This document shows, piece by piece, positions 27,466 to 37,151 of a stretch of DNA of 64,000 nucleotides. Below the pieces are notes generated by a model that was not told where the DNA came from, ran no database searches, and saw nothing but the letters and a program-made list of their open reading frames with translations. The translations under genes and the position numbers were made by a program. Source of the stretch: an uncultured Verrucomicrobiae bacterium (GTDB lineage Bacteria > Verrucomicrobiota > Verrucomicrobiia > Chthoniobacterales > JAFAMB01); the NCBI GenBank assembly GCA_963808535.1, contig CAWEGF010000025.1, positions 213,660 through 277,659 of the forward strand, written 5' to 3'. Position 1 is the first letter of the stretch; every line of letters starts with the position of its first letter.

Positions 27466-27985
27466 AATCCGCGCCCCGAAGGGGCTAGGAAGCATAGCCC
27501 CGCGTTGAATGGCGCTAATGATTTTGTTCCGAAAGGGCTTTAGGCGACAATCCTAGGGCTGAGGCCTTTGTTTTGTGCCCCGCAGGGGCTACAGAACTCA
27601 GCCCAGGGTTTCAACCCTGGGAATCGTCCACCAAACGCGACGCGCCCTGAAGGGGCGCCAGATCGCACGTCCTAACGAAGGGGGAAGTGGGGTCCGATGG
27701 TCCAATTGTCCCGCAAGTTCCGGTAGACTGGCGCACTCTGGCTTTTGCGCGGCAATAGGTGCGACACTTAATCGAATACCCGCATCTCTCGCCCCTTCAG
27801 GGCGAACCGTTTATTTTGGGGGGGTCCCAGGGTTAGAACCCTGGGCTGAGTTCTGTAGCCCCTGCGGGGCAGGCTCTTGGTTTTATATATAGAACCCATC
27901 CCAAATTCTCCTTATCTTCGCGCCATTCAGCCCGGGGTAAACCCTGGGCTAAGCTTTCATGCCCCTTCGGGGCGCAGATCGCCAC
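27466..27985. repeat. nested REP-like inverted-repeat cluster built from small hairpin modules
   Basis: Modules are GCCCCGAAGGGGC, TGCCCCGCAGGGGC, CCCAGGGTTTCAACCCTGGG and GCGCCCTGAAGGGGCGC. The 27576-27622 arm is mirrored at 27825-27871, with outer arms near 27470 and 27975. The 105-aa ORF inside looks spurious. Confidence 0.8.
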
Positions 27986-28144
27986 CCCTCGGTAACCTCT
28001 AGGCTAGCGCTCATCGCCAGTCACGCCTGCGGCTGACGCACCGCCTTCACCTACACCCTCAAATCCTTCCTCACCCACGAATATTCAATTCGGAACGGCG
28101 ATCATCTTTGCCAGTTCTGCCTTGGATGTCATACTCTGCCGCTT

Positions 28145-28411
28145 ATGCCTGAAGAAACAAAACAACCGAGTGATTCTGACGGAATCCAAGGTTCGCAACC
28201 TGCGGAGCCCGGCGATTATGGGGAAAAGCTTCGGCAACTGGAAGCCGATGTCAAAGATTTGACGAATCTGTTCAAGCATCTGCTGAACTCCTCGCCTCAC
28301 GGCGAGCAATTGATCTTCATGACGATGGCGCGGATCGAAGAGCAGGATGACGCGGTGTTGAAATTCAACGAAACGTTCAGAGACCTCGTGAAGAGAAAAG
28401 GCCTCGAGTAA
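28145..28411 (+). CDS. hypothetical small acidic protein (uncertain)
   Basis: 88-aa ORF with coiled-coil-like composition. The competing 131-aa antisense ORF is Arg-rich. No family is recognised on either strand. Confidence 0.3.
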   Translation: MPEETKQPSDSDGIQGSQPAEPGDYGEKLRQLEADVKDLTNLFKHLLNSSPHGEQLIFMTMARIEEQDDAVLKFNETFRDLVKRKGLE

Positions 28412-28481
28412 ATCCTGGTGAACATCCTGCGAACCAATCAGGCCCTGCCGGGTTGACTCGACTTCGCGAAGGCGGTTCAAG

Positions 28482-29414
28482 TCAGTGGCGTTTCACCGTG
28501 GCGACGGCCAGCACCAGAATGATCAAGATGCCTTGAGCAACCTGCTGCAATCCACCGGCTAAGCGAAGCACCTGCATGGTCGTCACAACCATGACCAGGA
28601 AAATAGAACCGAGGAAAGTCCCCAGAGCAGTAGCCTTGCCTCCGAGAATTGATGAGCCGCCGACGACCACGGCCCCCACAGATTGTAATAAAAAGGGGTT
28701 TCCCATTTCGAGAAAAGCTCCGCCGACCCGAGCTGACAATAGAACTCCACCGAGCGCCGCGAGCACTCCGCTGATCACATAGGCTACTAGCCGAGTCGTT
28801 TTCACTCGAACGCCGGCCAGGTAGGCCGCCTCCGAATTTTGCCCGATCGCGGCCAGACTTCGGCCGTAAACCGTTCGATGCAACAAAAGGTAGGCCAAAA
28901 AACTGGCCGCCAGAGCCAGGATCAGGAGAACCGGTATATCTGCGATTCGCGTGCTCGCCAATGAAACCAGCAACGGGCTGACAGCATAGGTGCGAAAACC
29001 ACGGTTGAAGATCAACGTCCCGGTGGTCAGGATATAGCCCACCGCCAGCGTAGTGATGATCGGGGGAATTCGCAGATGATTAATTGTTAGGGCGTTTAGA
29101 ATACCGACCGTACTCCCCAGCAAAACGACAACCGCCAAGCCACTAATCAACTGGCCATCATTCCCGCTGATGACACTGGTTGCCAGAAATCCGGACAGAG
29201 TCATCACATTGGGGATCGACAAATCAACAGCGCCGTCTCCTGTCGTTACCACCAACATTTGCCCAATTGCCACTACGCAGAGAACCGCTGCCGAGGCCAG
29301 AATGCCACTCAAACTGCCGATGCTCACTTGCCCTGAACCCGCAGACAAGAGGGTCCACAAAACCAGCGTTCCTAAGAGTGCCCAGACCCAGGATTGCTCA
29401 AAAAATCGTTTCAT
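28482..29414 (-). CDS. CUT2-type sugar ABC transporter permease (RbsC-like)
   Basis: 310 aa and polytopic. VVTTGDGAVDLSIPNVMTLSG corresponds to the GGIDLSVG region of RbsC-like permeases. It has a 4-bp overlap with the upstream gene. Confidence 0.85.
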   Translation of the reverse strand: MKRFFEQSWVWALLGTLVLWTLLSAGSGQVSIGSLSGILASAAVLCVVAIGQMLVVTTGDGAVDLSIPNVMTLSGFLATSVISGNDGQLISGLAVVVLLGSTVGILNALTINHLRIPPIITTLAVGYILTTGTLIFNRGFRTYAVSPLLVSLASTRIADIPVLLILALAASFLAYLLLHRTVYGRSLAAIGQNSEAAYLAGVRVKTTRLVAYVISGVLAALGGVLLSARVGGAFLEMGNPFLLQSVGAVVVGGSSILGGKATALGTFLGSIFLVMVVTTMQVLRLAGGLQQVAQGILIILVLAVATVKRH

Positions 29415-31033
29415 GACCGCCGCCAGAGCATAGTTCTCAAGACCACGATTCCCAGCAGGATGAAACCCTGAACCGCCGCAATGAAGTCCGAGCTGACCTG
29501 AAGAAAACCCAATAGGGCGCCCAAAAGCGCCAAGGTCACGGAAGCCAGAACTACTCCGATCGGATCAATTCGACCACCTACCAAATCACAACCGCCCATC
29601 ACGACGGCGGCGACACTTAAGAGAGTGTAGCTGACCGCGGCATTGACATCAGACGCAGTGTTTACTCCGGTCAGACAGAGACCGGCAGCAAGCCCAAAGA
29701 GCCCGCTGGTCAGATACGTCCAGACATGAAAACGGACGGCGGGCCATCCAAGCTCTCGCATGGCTGGGAGATTGTTACCAAACCCGCGAAGAACAATTCC
29801 AAAACGCGTTCGCAAAAGCAGGGTGCCGACCGCCATACTGGCCCCAATCACCAACACCGGAAACGGGAGAAAAGGGATCGAAAAACTGAAGAATCGACTT
29901 AACCATTCCGGACAAGCACCGCCAGGCATCGGTTGCAAGGCATACCCCAGGCCTATCCAGACGAACGAACTGCCAAGGGTTGCCACAATCGCGGGGATCC
30001 GACGTAGATAGATCAACGCACCGAGCAGGGCATAAGCGATCAACCCGGCCACGAGCGCAAGAACACCCCAGAACGGCTGTTCCACCAGCAGAGTAGCGCT
30101 GATGACATTCGTCAGTCCGGCAAACCCTCCGATTCCAAGATCGATTTCGCTCCGGCCAACCACGAACATCTGTCCAAGTGAGACTAGCGTCAGAGGCATG
30201 GCGGTGGCTAATAATAACTCGACGCCGAAGGGAGAGATGGCATGCGGATTTAAGGTCCCGATGGCGATCATTACCGTCAAAAGAGCAAGAAGCGGAATCA
30301 ACCAGTTAGGAAAGTACCATCTAGGCCCGCTCTTCTCAGCGATGGCTGCTCCCTCGTTAGCGCCCAGACCAAAGGCCGTCGCCACCAGGGCCTCCCGGCT
30401 AACCGTTGTCCCCGAGATCTCCTTGGCAACCAGTCCCCGGACAAAGACCAGCACCCTCGAGCAGTTCTGAAACTCCACATCTTCCGAACTGTGCCAAATA
30501 ACTAACTTCCCGGTACGAGCGATCTCTTGAAGAGTCTGATAAAATTCGGCTTTCACTCCGACATCCACTCCCCGGGTCGGATCGTCCAGCAACAATATTT
30601 CGGTGCCGGTTAGCAGCGCCCGCGTGAAAAGCGCCTTCTGCTGGTTACCACCACTCAGGTCCGTGATCGGCTTTTCCAGGGCCGCATCCGGGAAGCTAAA
30701 TCGTTTCATCCAAGGGACAGCCCAGCCGCGCTCTTCGCGGTCCGATATGCCACTCCAGGGCCGGCGACCCATTTGCCGCGCAATGGTCATGTTCAAAAGT
30801 GTGGACCACAAAGAAAAAATCCCCTCCTTTTGCCGATCACCGGTCACGTAAGAGACGCTACCGATCCGCCGAACACCCTTGGAGAGGCCACGCCGGTGAC
30901 GAAAGATAGCTCGGAGTATCCTGACCTGACCGCTTCCTTCGAGTCCGGCCAGACCGACAATTTCACCAGCCCGCAGTTCGATCTTCTTCGGGACCGCCGC
31001 GGACAGGAACGGGCGATCAATCTCTACTCGCAC
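29411..31033 (-). CDS. fusion of the second ABC nucleotide-binding domain and a CUT2 permease domain
   Basis: 540-aa continuous ORF. The N-terminal ~235 aa form an NBD2 (GLAGLEGSGQ degenerate Walker A, LSGGNQQK signature, LLLDDPTRGVD Walker B). This runs directly into a polytopic permease (GQMFVVGRSEIDLGIGGFAGL) with no stop or start between. Confidence 0.8.
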   Translation of the reverse strand: MRVEIDRPFLSAAVPKKIELRAGEIVGLAGLEGSGQVRILRAIFRHRRGLSKGVRRIGSVSYVTGDRQKEGIFSLWSTLLNMTIARQMGRRPWSGISDREERGWAVPWMKRFSFPDAALEKPITDLSGGNQQKALFTRALLTGTEILLLDDPTRGVDVGVKAEFYQTLQEIARTGKLVIWHSSEDVEFQNCSRVLVFVRGLVAKEISGTTVSREALVATAFGLGANEGAAIAEKSGPRWYFPNWLIPLLALLTVMIAIGTLNPHAISPFGVELLLATAMPLTLVSLGQMFVVGRSEIDLGIGGFAGLTNVISATLLVEQPFWGVLALVAGLIAYALLGALIYLRRIPAIVATLGSSFVWIGLGYALQPMPGGACPEWLSRFFSFSIPFLPFPVLVIGASMAVGTLLLRTRFGIVLRGFGNNLPAMRELGWPAVRFHVWTYLTSGLFGLAAGLCLTGVNTASDVNAAVSYTLLSVAAVVMGGCDLVGGRIDPIGVVLASVTLALLGALLGFLQVSSDFIAAVQGFILLGIVVLRTMLWRRS

Positions 31034-31043
31034 CGGGGTATCG

Positions 31044-31835
31044 TCAGGTGAAACGGCCAGCCCCGGTCCGGCTGGTGAGGCTCGAACTTTCGGCTACTTT
31101 GTCGGCGGCCGAGAGCCATTTTATCAGGTCCTGTTCATTGGTCTCCTGGCGAGCGCCACACCAGACCAGGCCGCCATCCCGCATCACTAGAAAATCCTGG
31201 GCGAGATCGAGAATCTCACCCAGTCGATGCCCGATGAAAACTACGGAGAGGCCAGCGTCACTCCGTTGGCGCAAATAGGTTAGCAACTGATGTGCTCGAC
31301 GGGCGTCCAGCGATGAAGTTGGCTCATCCAGAATGAGCACCTTCAATCCTGGATCGAGGAATGCCCGGGCGATTTCCACCATCTGGCGGTCCGCCAGGCT
31401 CAAAGCCCCCGCTTCGAGTCCGGTGCGGATCCGATTTTGCGGGAAAATTGCGTCAAGAGTTCCTTTGATCGCTCGTTCGGCTTTTCGACGCCAGCCAATC
31501 CCGCGAAAAGTCGACGCGAATTCCAGGAGGACATTTTCGCCGACCGTCAGGTTGGTACAGAGAGAGAGTTCCTGATGGACGACCCTAATCCCTAGCGACC
31601 GAGCCTGCTGGGGCGAGTAATTCCCGAAATCGATCGGATGGCCTTCGATCGTCAACCGGCCGTCGTTCGGGGTCTGGGTTCCCGACAAAATTCTGGTCAG
31701 CGTCGATTTACCCGCCCCGTTCCCACCGAGCAAGGCCGTAATCTTGCCGCGGCAAACTTCCAGAGACACATCTTTTACTGCTGTGGTGGCTCCAAACTTC
31801 TTCGTTAAATGCTCTGCGGTAACGACGGAATGCAT
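31044..31835 (-). CDS. sugar ABC transporter ATP-binding protein, first NBD (probably continuous with 29411-31033 across a frameshift)
   Basis: 263 aa. Motifs GGNGAGKST (Walker A), LSLADRQMVEIARA (signature) and LILDEPTSSLD (Walker B) are present. It ends 10 nt before the GTG of the NBD2 ORF, which has no Shine-Dalgarno sequence. The NBD2 frame is already open from about 31100. Confidence 0.85.
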   Translation of the reverse strand: MHSVVTAEHLTKKFGATTAVKDVSLEVCRGKITALLGGNGAGKSTLTRILSGTQTPNDGRLTIEGHPIDFGNYSPQQARSLGIRVVHQELSLCTNLTVGENVLLEFASTFRGIGWRRKAERAIKGTLDAIFPQNRIRTGLEAGALSLADRQMVEIARAFLDPGLKVLILDEPTSSLDARRAHQLLTYLRQRSDAGLSVVFIGHRLGEILDLAQDFLVMRDGGLVWCGARQETNEQDLIKWLSAADKVAESSSLTSRTGAGRFT

Positions 31836-31929
31836 GCAGGTTCTTCGGCGACAGGCGAGGCAATGCTGGCCTCGCCTGATTCTTAAGAAGCCAAGCGAGG
31901 ACGCTTAGCCCCTCACCTGTTTCACCGCC

Positions 31930-32961
31930 TTACTTCCCAACCAGATTCTTTTCTACCCAGTCCTGGCTGTAGCTTGGACTAACAATCTGACCTGGAGGCA
32001 AGCTGGCATAATCTTTAAGATTTTCCAAGGTCACACTCGCTCCCGGCATCTTAATGACTTTCGGCACATTTTCTCCATTGAGCACCGCCAGAGTAAGCCA
32101 AAAAGCCGCTCCGCCGATTCCCGGAGCGGTATTGGCAGAAACAGTTGGATAAGTGCCTTTTTTGTTTTGGTCGTCCCACCACTTGAGGAAATTGGAGCTC
32201 CCGCCGCCTTGAATAATCGGAAGCTTGCGTCCGCTCTGTTCAAAGGCCTGCACAATGCCTATATCATCGCCACCGCCCTGGGCAATAACCGCATCGACGT
32301 TTTTCAAGGTGGGCAGGATGTTGGAAACGGCCGATTGAGCAACCGAAGTGGTGGCCTGTCCGTAGATTTCGCCTATCACGTTAATCCCCGGATATTTCTT
32401 CAGCACTTCTTTCTGGGAATCAGAAATAATCTTATCCGGAGCTGAACCCTGCACTCCCCGCACCAGCAACACGTCACCCTTCCCTTTCAACAGGTCCTTG
32501 GCGATATAGTCGGCCATTCCTCCGAAAATGCCGACCATATCAAAATCCAACTTGTAGGCGCAATCGGCGGTGGCGATTGAATCAAAAGCGATAATCTTGA
32601 TTCCGGCCTGGCAGGCTTTGTCGATCACTCCATTTAAAGCGGTGGGTGAAGCAGCGTTGATCGCGATGGCGTCCACGCCCTTCAAAATCAGACTGCTAAT
32701 TTGAGAATTCTGCTGATTCACCGTTCCATCGCCATTTTCGATGGAATACTCAGAAATCAAGCCCTCTGCTTTGGCCTTCTCCGCCGCCTCTTTAAAGGCA
32801 TCGACCATCTGGCGGCGCCAGATGTTGCCGTAGTACGAATTAGAAAGCGCGATCTTCCATTTCTTCTTTTGGTCGGCACTCTTGCCGGCGTCTTCAGCTT
32901 TGCCATGCGTCAGTATTCCGAGCACGACTGCCGCAAAAATGAGGGGGATATATTTTCTCAT
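31930..32961 (-). CDS. sugar ABC transporter periplasmic binding protein (RbsB-like, PBP type I)
   Basis: 343 aa with signal peptide MRKYIPLIFAAVVLGILTHGKA. It has a typical IALSNSYYGNIWR N-lobe start and alternating beta-alpha pattern. Confidence 0.85.
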   Translation of the reverse strand: MRKYIPLIFAAVVLGILTHGKAEDAGKSADQKKKWKIALSNSYYGNIWRRQMVDAFKEAAEKAKAEGLISEYSIENGDGTVNQQNSQISSLILKGVDAIAINAASPTALNGVIDKACQAGIKIIAFDSIATADCAYKLDFDMVGIFGGMADYIAKDLLKGKGDVLLVRGVQGSAPDKIISDSQKEVLKKYPGINVIGEIYGQATTSVAQSAVSNILPTLKNVDAVIAQGGGDDIGIVQAFEQSGRKLPIIQGGGSSNFLKWWDDQNKKGTYPTVSANTAPGIGGAAFWLTLAVLNGENVPKVIKMPGASVTLENLKDYASLPPGQIVSPSYSQDWVEKNLVGK

Positions 32962-33243
32962 GACGGTTTCGGTATTGATTAGTTTCTCAGGGGGAATTCG
33001 CGAGGCGGGGTCAATTTTTGCTGGTCAACCGACGGCCTCCGCAATCAGCAGAGCCTGAGCGTAGAAAAAAGGGCATTGACTCCGCCGAGTTGCACCGGAC
33101 CGTCGCCGAAGCTTATCGTAGAAGCCCGGCTCTGCCTTTAGCACAGGCGGAAAGATGTGTCGCCATGGCGGAACTGCCGGCATTTGGAGTTCGCCTGCCG
33201 CGCCACCTGTGCTAACGATGCTCATTGATCCCCCAATCGCCAC

Positions 33244-35109
33244 ATGCCCGCCCAGTCAATCAGCGAAAATCGCATCTTGCTCCAAACCTCGGAATTAAGC
33301 TGCTTCTTTGAACCCCAGACCGGCTTTCTACGCCAAGTGATGGTGGACGGTCACGAGGTCATTCGAGCGATCTACGGCGCCGTGCGCGATCAGAATTGGA
33401 ATACCGTGCCACCGGAGATTGTGGTTAGCCGGATCACTTCGAGCGACGAACATTTTCATCTGGAATTTCAGGTCAAATGTTCTTCCACCGGGATCGTTTT
33501 CAGCTGGAATGGAACGATCGAGGGAAGAGCGGGAACACTTTCCTTTGCCTTCGCTGGTCAAGCGGAATCCACTTTTAAGAAAAACCGAATTGGCCTTTGC
33601 CTTCTCCACCCGATTCAAGGATGCGCTGGCCAGCCATGCCGGGTTCGGGAAACGGGTCAAAGTTGGGTAGAATCAGAATTCCCTCTTTTCATTTCACCGC
33701 ATCAGCCATTCAAAAATCTGGGCGCCATTTCATGGAAGCCGACGCGAAATCTCGAAGCTACCGTGAGCTTTGCCGGCGATGTTTTCGAGACCGAGGATCA
33801 AAGGAACTGGACGGACGCTTCCTTTAAAACCTATTGCACGCCGCTCGATAAACCCTTTCCGGCAGAGATCACGGCGGGCACGCCGGTCCATCAGCAAATA
33901 ACGGTTGAACTTGATCGCACCACCCCTTCATCGGTTGTTGTGAGCGAACCCTCATCCGAAGTGATTTTGATCAGTGCGCAGGGAGAAAAATCGCTTCCCG
34001 CACTAGGTTTGGGCCTCGGCAACTACGGCGGAACGCTGAGCGAAACCGAGCGAGCCCGCCTGGCAGCCCTGAATTTGCATCACCTTCGCGTCGATATTTG
34101 CTTCGACGATCCGCGATGGAGTGAATCGCTGGAGAGGGCCACCACCGTGGCAAAAGAAATTGGCACCCGCCTGCAGCCGGCCCTTTTTTTCTCCGCACCG
34201 GAAGATCTTCGCGCTTTCAGCAGAACAGTCGACCATCAGATTTTGCAGAGCTGTCTTATTTTTCATAGCCAGGAATCATCCACTTCCGAACAATGGCTGG
34301 AGTTAGCCGCCGGGTTGTTATCTCAAACAGCGGTCGTAGGCGGGACTAACTCTAATTTTACCGAACTGAATCGCCACCGCCCAACCACCCGCTTTCCGAC
34401 CGCTTTCTCCCTCAATCCTCAAGTCCATGCCTTCGACGATCTGAGCTTGATCGAGAACCTGGAGGGTCAACCAGAGGTGATCCAGAGCGCCAGGCAGTTT
34501 TGCGGCACCGGTCTCTACGTTTCTCCAGTCACCCTTCGACCACGCTCCAATCCGGGCGCGGACACCCTGCCTCTTGAATCGTCCGGTCGTTTGCCTTTCT
34601 CCGTTGATCCTCGTCAGCGTACTCTTTTCGGGGCCACCTGGACGGTGGGTTCTCTTGCTCGACTACTTCCGGCATCCGGAATCGAGAGCCTCACCTACTA
34701 TGAAGCGATCGGGTGGAAAGGGGTGATGGAATCCGAGCAAGGCCATCCCCGTCCCCATCAATTCGGGTCCAGCCCCGGGGAGATTTTTCCCGTGTATCAC
34801 GTCTTCCGCGCTCTGGCTGAGGCCGAAGCACTGTTCCCGGTAACTAATCCGGTACCGCAAAAAATCGCCGTCGTCGGATTTCGTCAGAAGGGAACCGTCC
34901 ATGTTCTGCTCGCTAATCTGCAATCCGAAATCTCCATCGCCAAGCTACTTTTGCCGGCTGATCGGATCGCGGTCCAGATGTTAAGCGAAGACCATTTAGC
35001 GGCGGTTCGGCAAGAAAGATTGCCAGATCCGGAGATCCGACACCTGGTGGGCGGCGAAGCAGTTTTTGCTCTCCCGAGCTACGCGCTGGTGATCCTTCGA
35101 TGCATTTGA
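33244..35109 (+). CDS. hypothetical 621-aa cytoplasmic protein in a sugar-utilisation locus (function unknown)
   Basis: A long uninterrupted ORF with coding-like composition and no signal peptide. The antisense ORFs are short. I cannot assign a family by eye. Confidence 0.7.
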   Translation: MPAQSISENRILLQTSELSCFFEPQTGFLRQVMVDGHEVIRAIYGAVRDQNWNTVPPEIVVSRITSSDEHFHLEFQVKCSSTGIVFSWNGTIEGRAGTLSFAFAGQAESTFKKNRIGLCLLHPIQGCAGQPCRVRETGQSWVESEFPLFISPHQPFKNLGAISWKPTRNLEATVSFAGDVFETEDQRNWTDASFKTYCTPLDKPFPAEITAGTPVHQQITVELDRTTPSSVVVSEPSSEVILISAQGEKSLPALGLGLGNYGGTLSETERARLAALNLHHLRVDICFDDPRWSESLERATTVAKEIGTRLQPALFFSAPEDLRAFSRTVDHQILQSCLIFHSQESSTSEQWLELAAGLLSQTAVVGGTNSNFTELNRHRPTTRFPTAFSLNPQVHAFDDLSLIENLEGQPEVIQSARQFCGTGLYVSPVTLRPRSNPGADTLPLESSGRLPFSVDPRQRTLFGATWTVGSLARLLPASGIESLTYYEAIGWKGVMESEQGHPRPHQFGSSPGEIFPVYHVFRALAEAEALFPVTNPVPQKIAVVGFRQKGTVHVLLANLQSEISIAKLLLPADRIAVQMLSEDHLAAVRQERLPDPEIRHLVGGEAVFALPSYALVILRCI

Positions 35110-36071
35110 AAAGAGAGTCTGCGCCCGCATCTGGTTTGTTGGCAATCGCTGACCGGCTAACTTTTGAACCGCATCGAATCAGTCTGGATCCCACCGGTCA
35201 CTATCAGGAAAGCTTTGATCGCGAATTTCCCTTCATCATTAAACTCTTCTCATTTCGGCACAAGGATTTCACCCCTGGGTTGACTTGGCATGAGCGCTTG
35301 GAAATTTATCTGCCCCTCGATGGCATTTCTCGAATGCAGATGGGAACGCGCCGAGTCGAATTGCTCCCGGGTGAGCTGTTGGTGGTCGATAACCTGCAAC
35401 TTCATACCACGGTGGATTTTCCCGGTTTTGCCTCGCGGGTGATCGTGATCAGCTTTTTGCCGGAGTTCGTCTATAGCCTTGGTTCGCCCTCGCACGACTA
35501 TCTATTCTTGCTCCCTTTCTACTCCCGGATTGATTCCCAAACTCAGGTAGTGCGGCAGGACTCGCCGACCCTGCAAAAAATTCACCAAACGCTGGCTCAA
35601 CTTCTGGAATGTTACTTTTCCCGAGAACCTTATTACCAGGCCGGTTGCAAAGCCTATCTGCTCGAACTCTTGTTCCTTTTGGCGCAACATTTCCGGGCCT
35701 CAGATTTTCTTCGATCCCAACTTATCCGGCAACAAGAGAGAGCCGCCAGGTTGAAACCGGTTTTTGACTTTATTAGTTCGCACTACCCCGAGCCGATTAC
35801 CCTGAACTCGGGAGCCGAACTGGCCAAGATGAGCCTGCCCTCTTTTACCCGGTTATTCAAAAAAGTAGCCGGAATGACCTTTGTCAGTTACGTCGCTCAC
35901 GTTCGACTTTCGCAGGCTCTTCGCCTGCTCAAGGAAAGTTGTCTCACGGTCGCCGAGGTGGCTAACCGGGTGGGCTTTTCCGATCAAAGTTATTTCGATC
36001 GCAAATTCCGATCCGCTTTCGGGCAAACTCCCAGCAGCGTCCGCAAGGAGGCCTCGGCGACCGATGGGTAA
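35100..36071 (+). CDS. AraC-family transcriptional regulator
   Basis: 323 aa. It has a cupin-like N-terminal half and a C-terminal double HTH (MSLPSFTRLFKKVAGMTFVSYV, VAEVANRVGFSDQSYFDRKFRSAFGQTP). Confidence 0.85.
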   Translation: MHLKRESAPASGLLAIADRLTFEPHRISLDPTGHYQESFDREFPFIIKLFSFRHKDFTPGLTWHERLEIYLPLDGISRMQMGTRRVELLPGELLVVDNLQLHTTVDFPGFASRVIVISFLPEFVYSLGSPSHDYLFLLPFYSRIDSQTQVVRQDSPTLQKIHQTLAQLLECYFSREPYYQAGCKAYLLELLFLLAQHFRASDFLRSQLIRQQERAARLKPVFDFISSHYPEPITLNSGAELAKMSLPSFTRLFKKVAGMTFVSYVAHVRLSQALRLLKESCLTVAEVANRVGFSDQSYFDRKFRSAFGQTPSSVRKEASATDG

Positions 36072-36152
36072 ACTTATTAACATAGCGGTGGAATTAATTG
36101 CCGCTGGCCCCGAAAGCTAGTCTTAAAACCATACCTAACGAAAACTAATACC

Positions 36153-36986
36153 ATGAAAATCGCGCTACTCGGAGCAGGTGGAAAAATGGGATCCCGGCTG
36201 ACAGCTAACCTTCGCCATCTGCCGCACTACCAAATCAGCTACATTGAGCCTGATGCCGACGGAAGCCGGCAATTGGCCGCTCACGGGATCAAGACCATCG
36301 CCGTCGAGGAGGCGCTCCGCGAGGCCGAAGTCGTCGTTCTGGCGATCCCCGATCGTCTGATTGGAAAAGTGACTCGCGAATTAGTGCCAAGACTAAACGC
36401 CGGGACGCTGGTCTTTGGTCTTGACCCGGCGGCCGCCTACGCTGGTCTATTACCTGACCGCTCGGACATCACTTACTTTATTGCCCACCCTTGCCACCCG
36501 CTCCTCTTTTCGGATACTGCTCCGGCCAATCAGGCGAGTGACTGGTTTGGGGGACAAAGCACTCTTCCTCAGAGTGTCGTCTGCTCTCTTTTCCAAGGTC
36601 CTGAAGAGCATTATGGGCTCGGAGAAAAGTTGGCGGGCGAAATGTTCGCTCCCATTCTTCGACTGCACCGGATCACCATCGAGCAAATGGCGATCCTGGA
36701 ACCGGCCGTCGTCGAGTCAACGATGGCGACCTGTATCACCGTCTTACGCGAAGCAATGGAAACGGCCGTGCAAAAAGGGGTGCCCAAGCAAGCGGCCTAT
36801 GATTTCTGCCTGGGCCATATTCGCACCGAGCTAGCGATTGTCTTCGGATTTGCCGAATTCCCTTTCTCCGATGGAGCCCTGAAAGCCATCGAGCAGAATA
36901 AGCCGCGGATCTTCCGGGAGGATTGGAAAGATGTCATCACCATTCCAGCCTTGAAAGAAAGCGTTCGCCAAATCTGCGAAGCTTAA
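36153..36986 (+). CDS. NAD(P)-binding oxidoreductase (6-phosphogluconate-dehydrogenase-like Rossmann N-terminus)
   Basis: 277 aa. MKIALLGAGGKMGSRL is the dinucleotide-binding loop. The specific substrate is unknown. Confidence 0.65.
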   Translation: MKIALLGAGGKMGSRLTANLRHLPHYQISYIEPDADGSRQLAAHGIKTIAVEEALREAEVVVLAIPDRLIGKVTRELVPRLNAGTLVFGLDPAAAYAGLLPDRSDITYFIAHPCHPLLFSDTAPANQASDWFGGQSTLPQSVVCSLFQGPEEHYGLGEKLAGEMFAPILRLHRITIEQMAILEPAVVESTMATCITVLREAMETAVQKGVPKQAAYDFCLGHIRTELAIVFGFAEFPFSDGALKAIEQNKPRIFREDWKDVITIPALKESVRQICEA

Positions 36987-37010
36987 AAGATCGTCTCATC
37001 TGTGGCAGAC

Positions 37011-37045
37011 GAACGATGAACGATGAACGATGAACGGTGAACGCC
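37011..37045. repeat. heptanucleotide tandem array GAACGAT x3 + GAACGGT + GAACGCC (core TGAACG)
   Basis: The direct reading is gac gaacgat gaacgat gaacgat gaacggt gaacgcc. It lies 25 bp after the upstream stop and about 105 bp before the next start. Confidence 0.85.
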
Positions 37046-37151
37046 TAAGGCAAGGACAAAAAACCGCTAAGTGTCAGTTTTGTCCTAAAAATAGATGTAA
37101 GCCTTCTAGTCACCGCAGGAGCCGGCGCATAGCATCTGAAGATCCCCCCAA

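Noticed and set aside
27575-27892. 105-aa ORF (also 16824-17207, 46831-47112 and 53545-53799)
   Set aside because: All lie wholly inside REP-like palindromic elements. Mirror-image ORFs exist on the other strand. The peptide patterns (PRVSTLG, GLKPGL, RARLRS) are translations of the hairpin modules.
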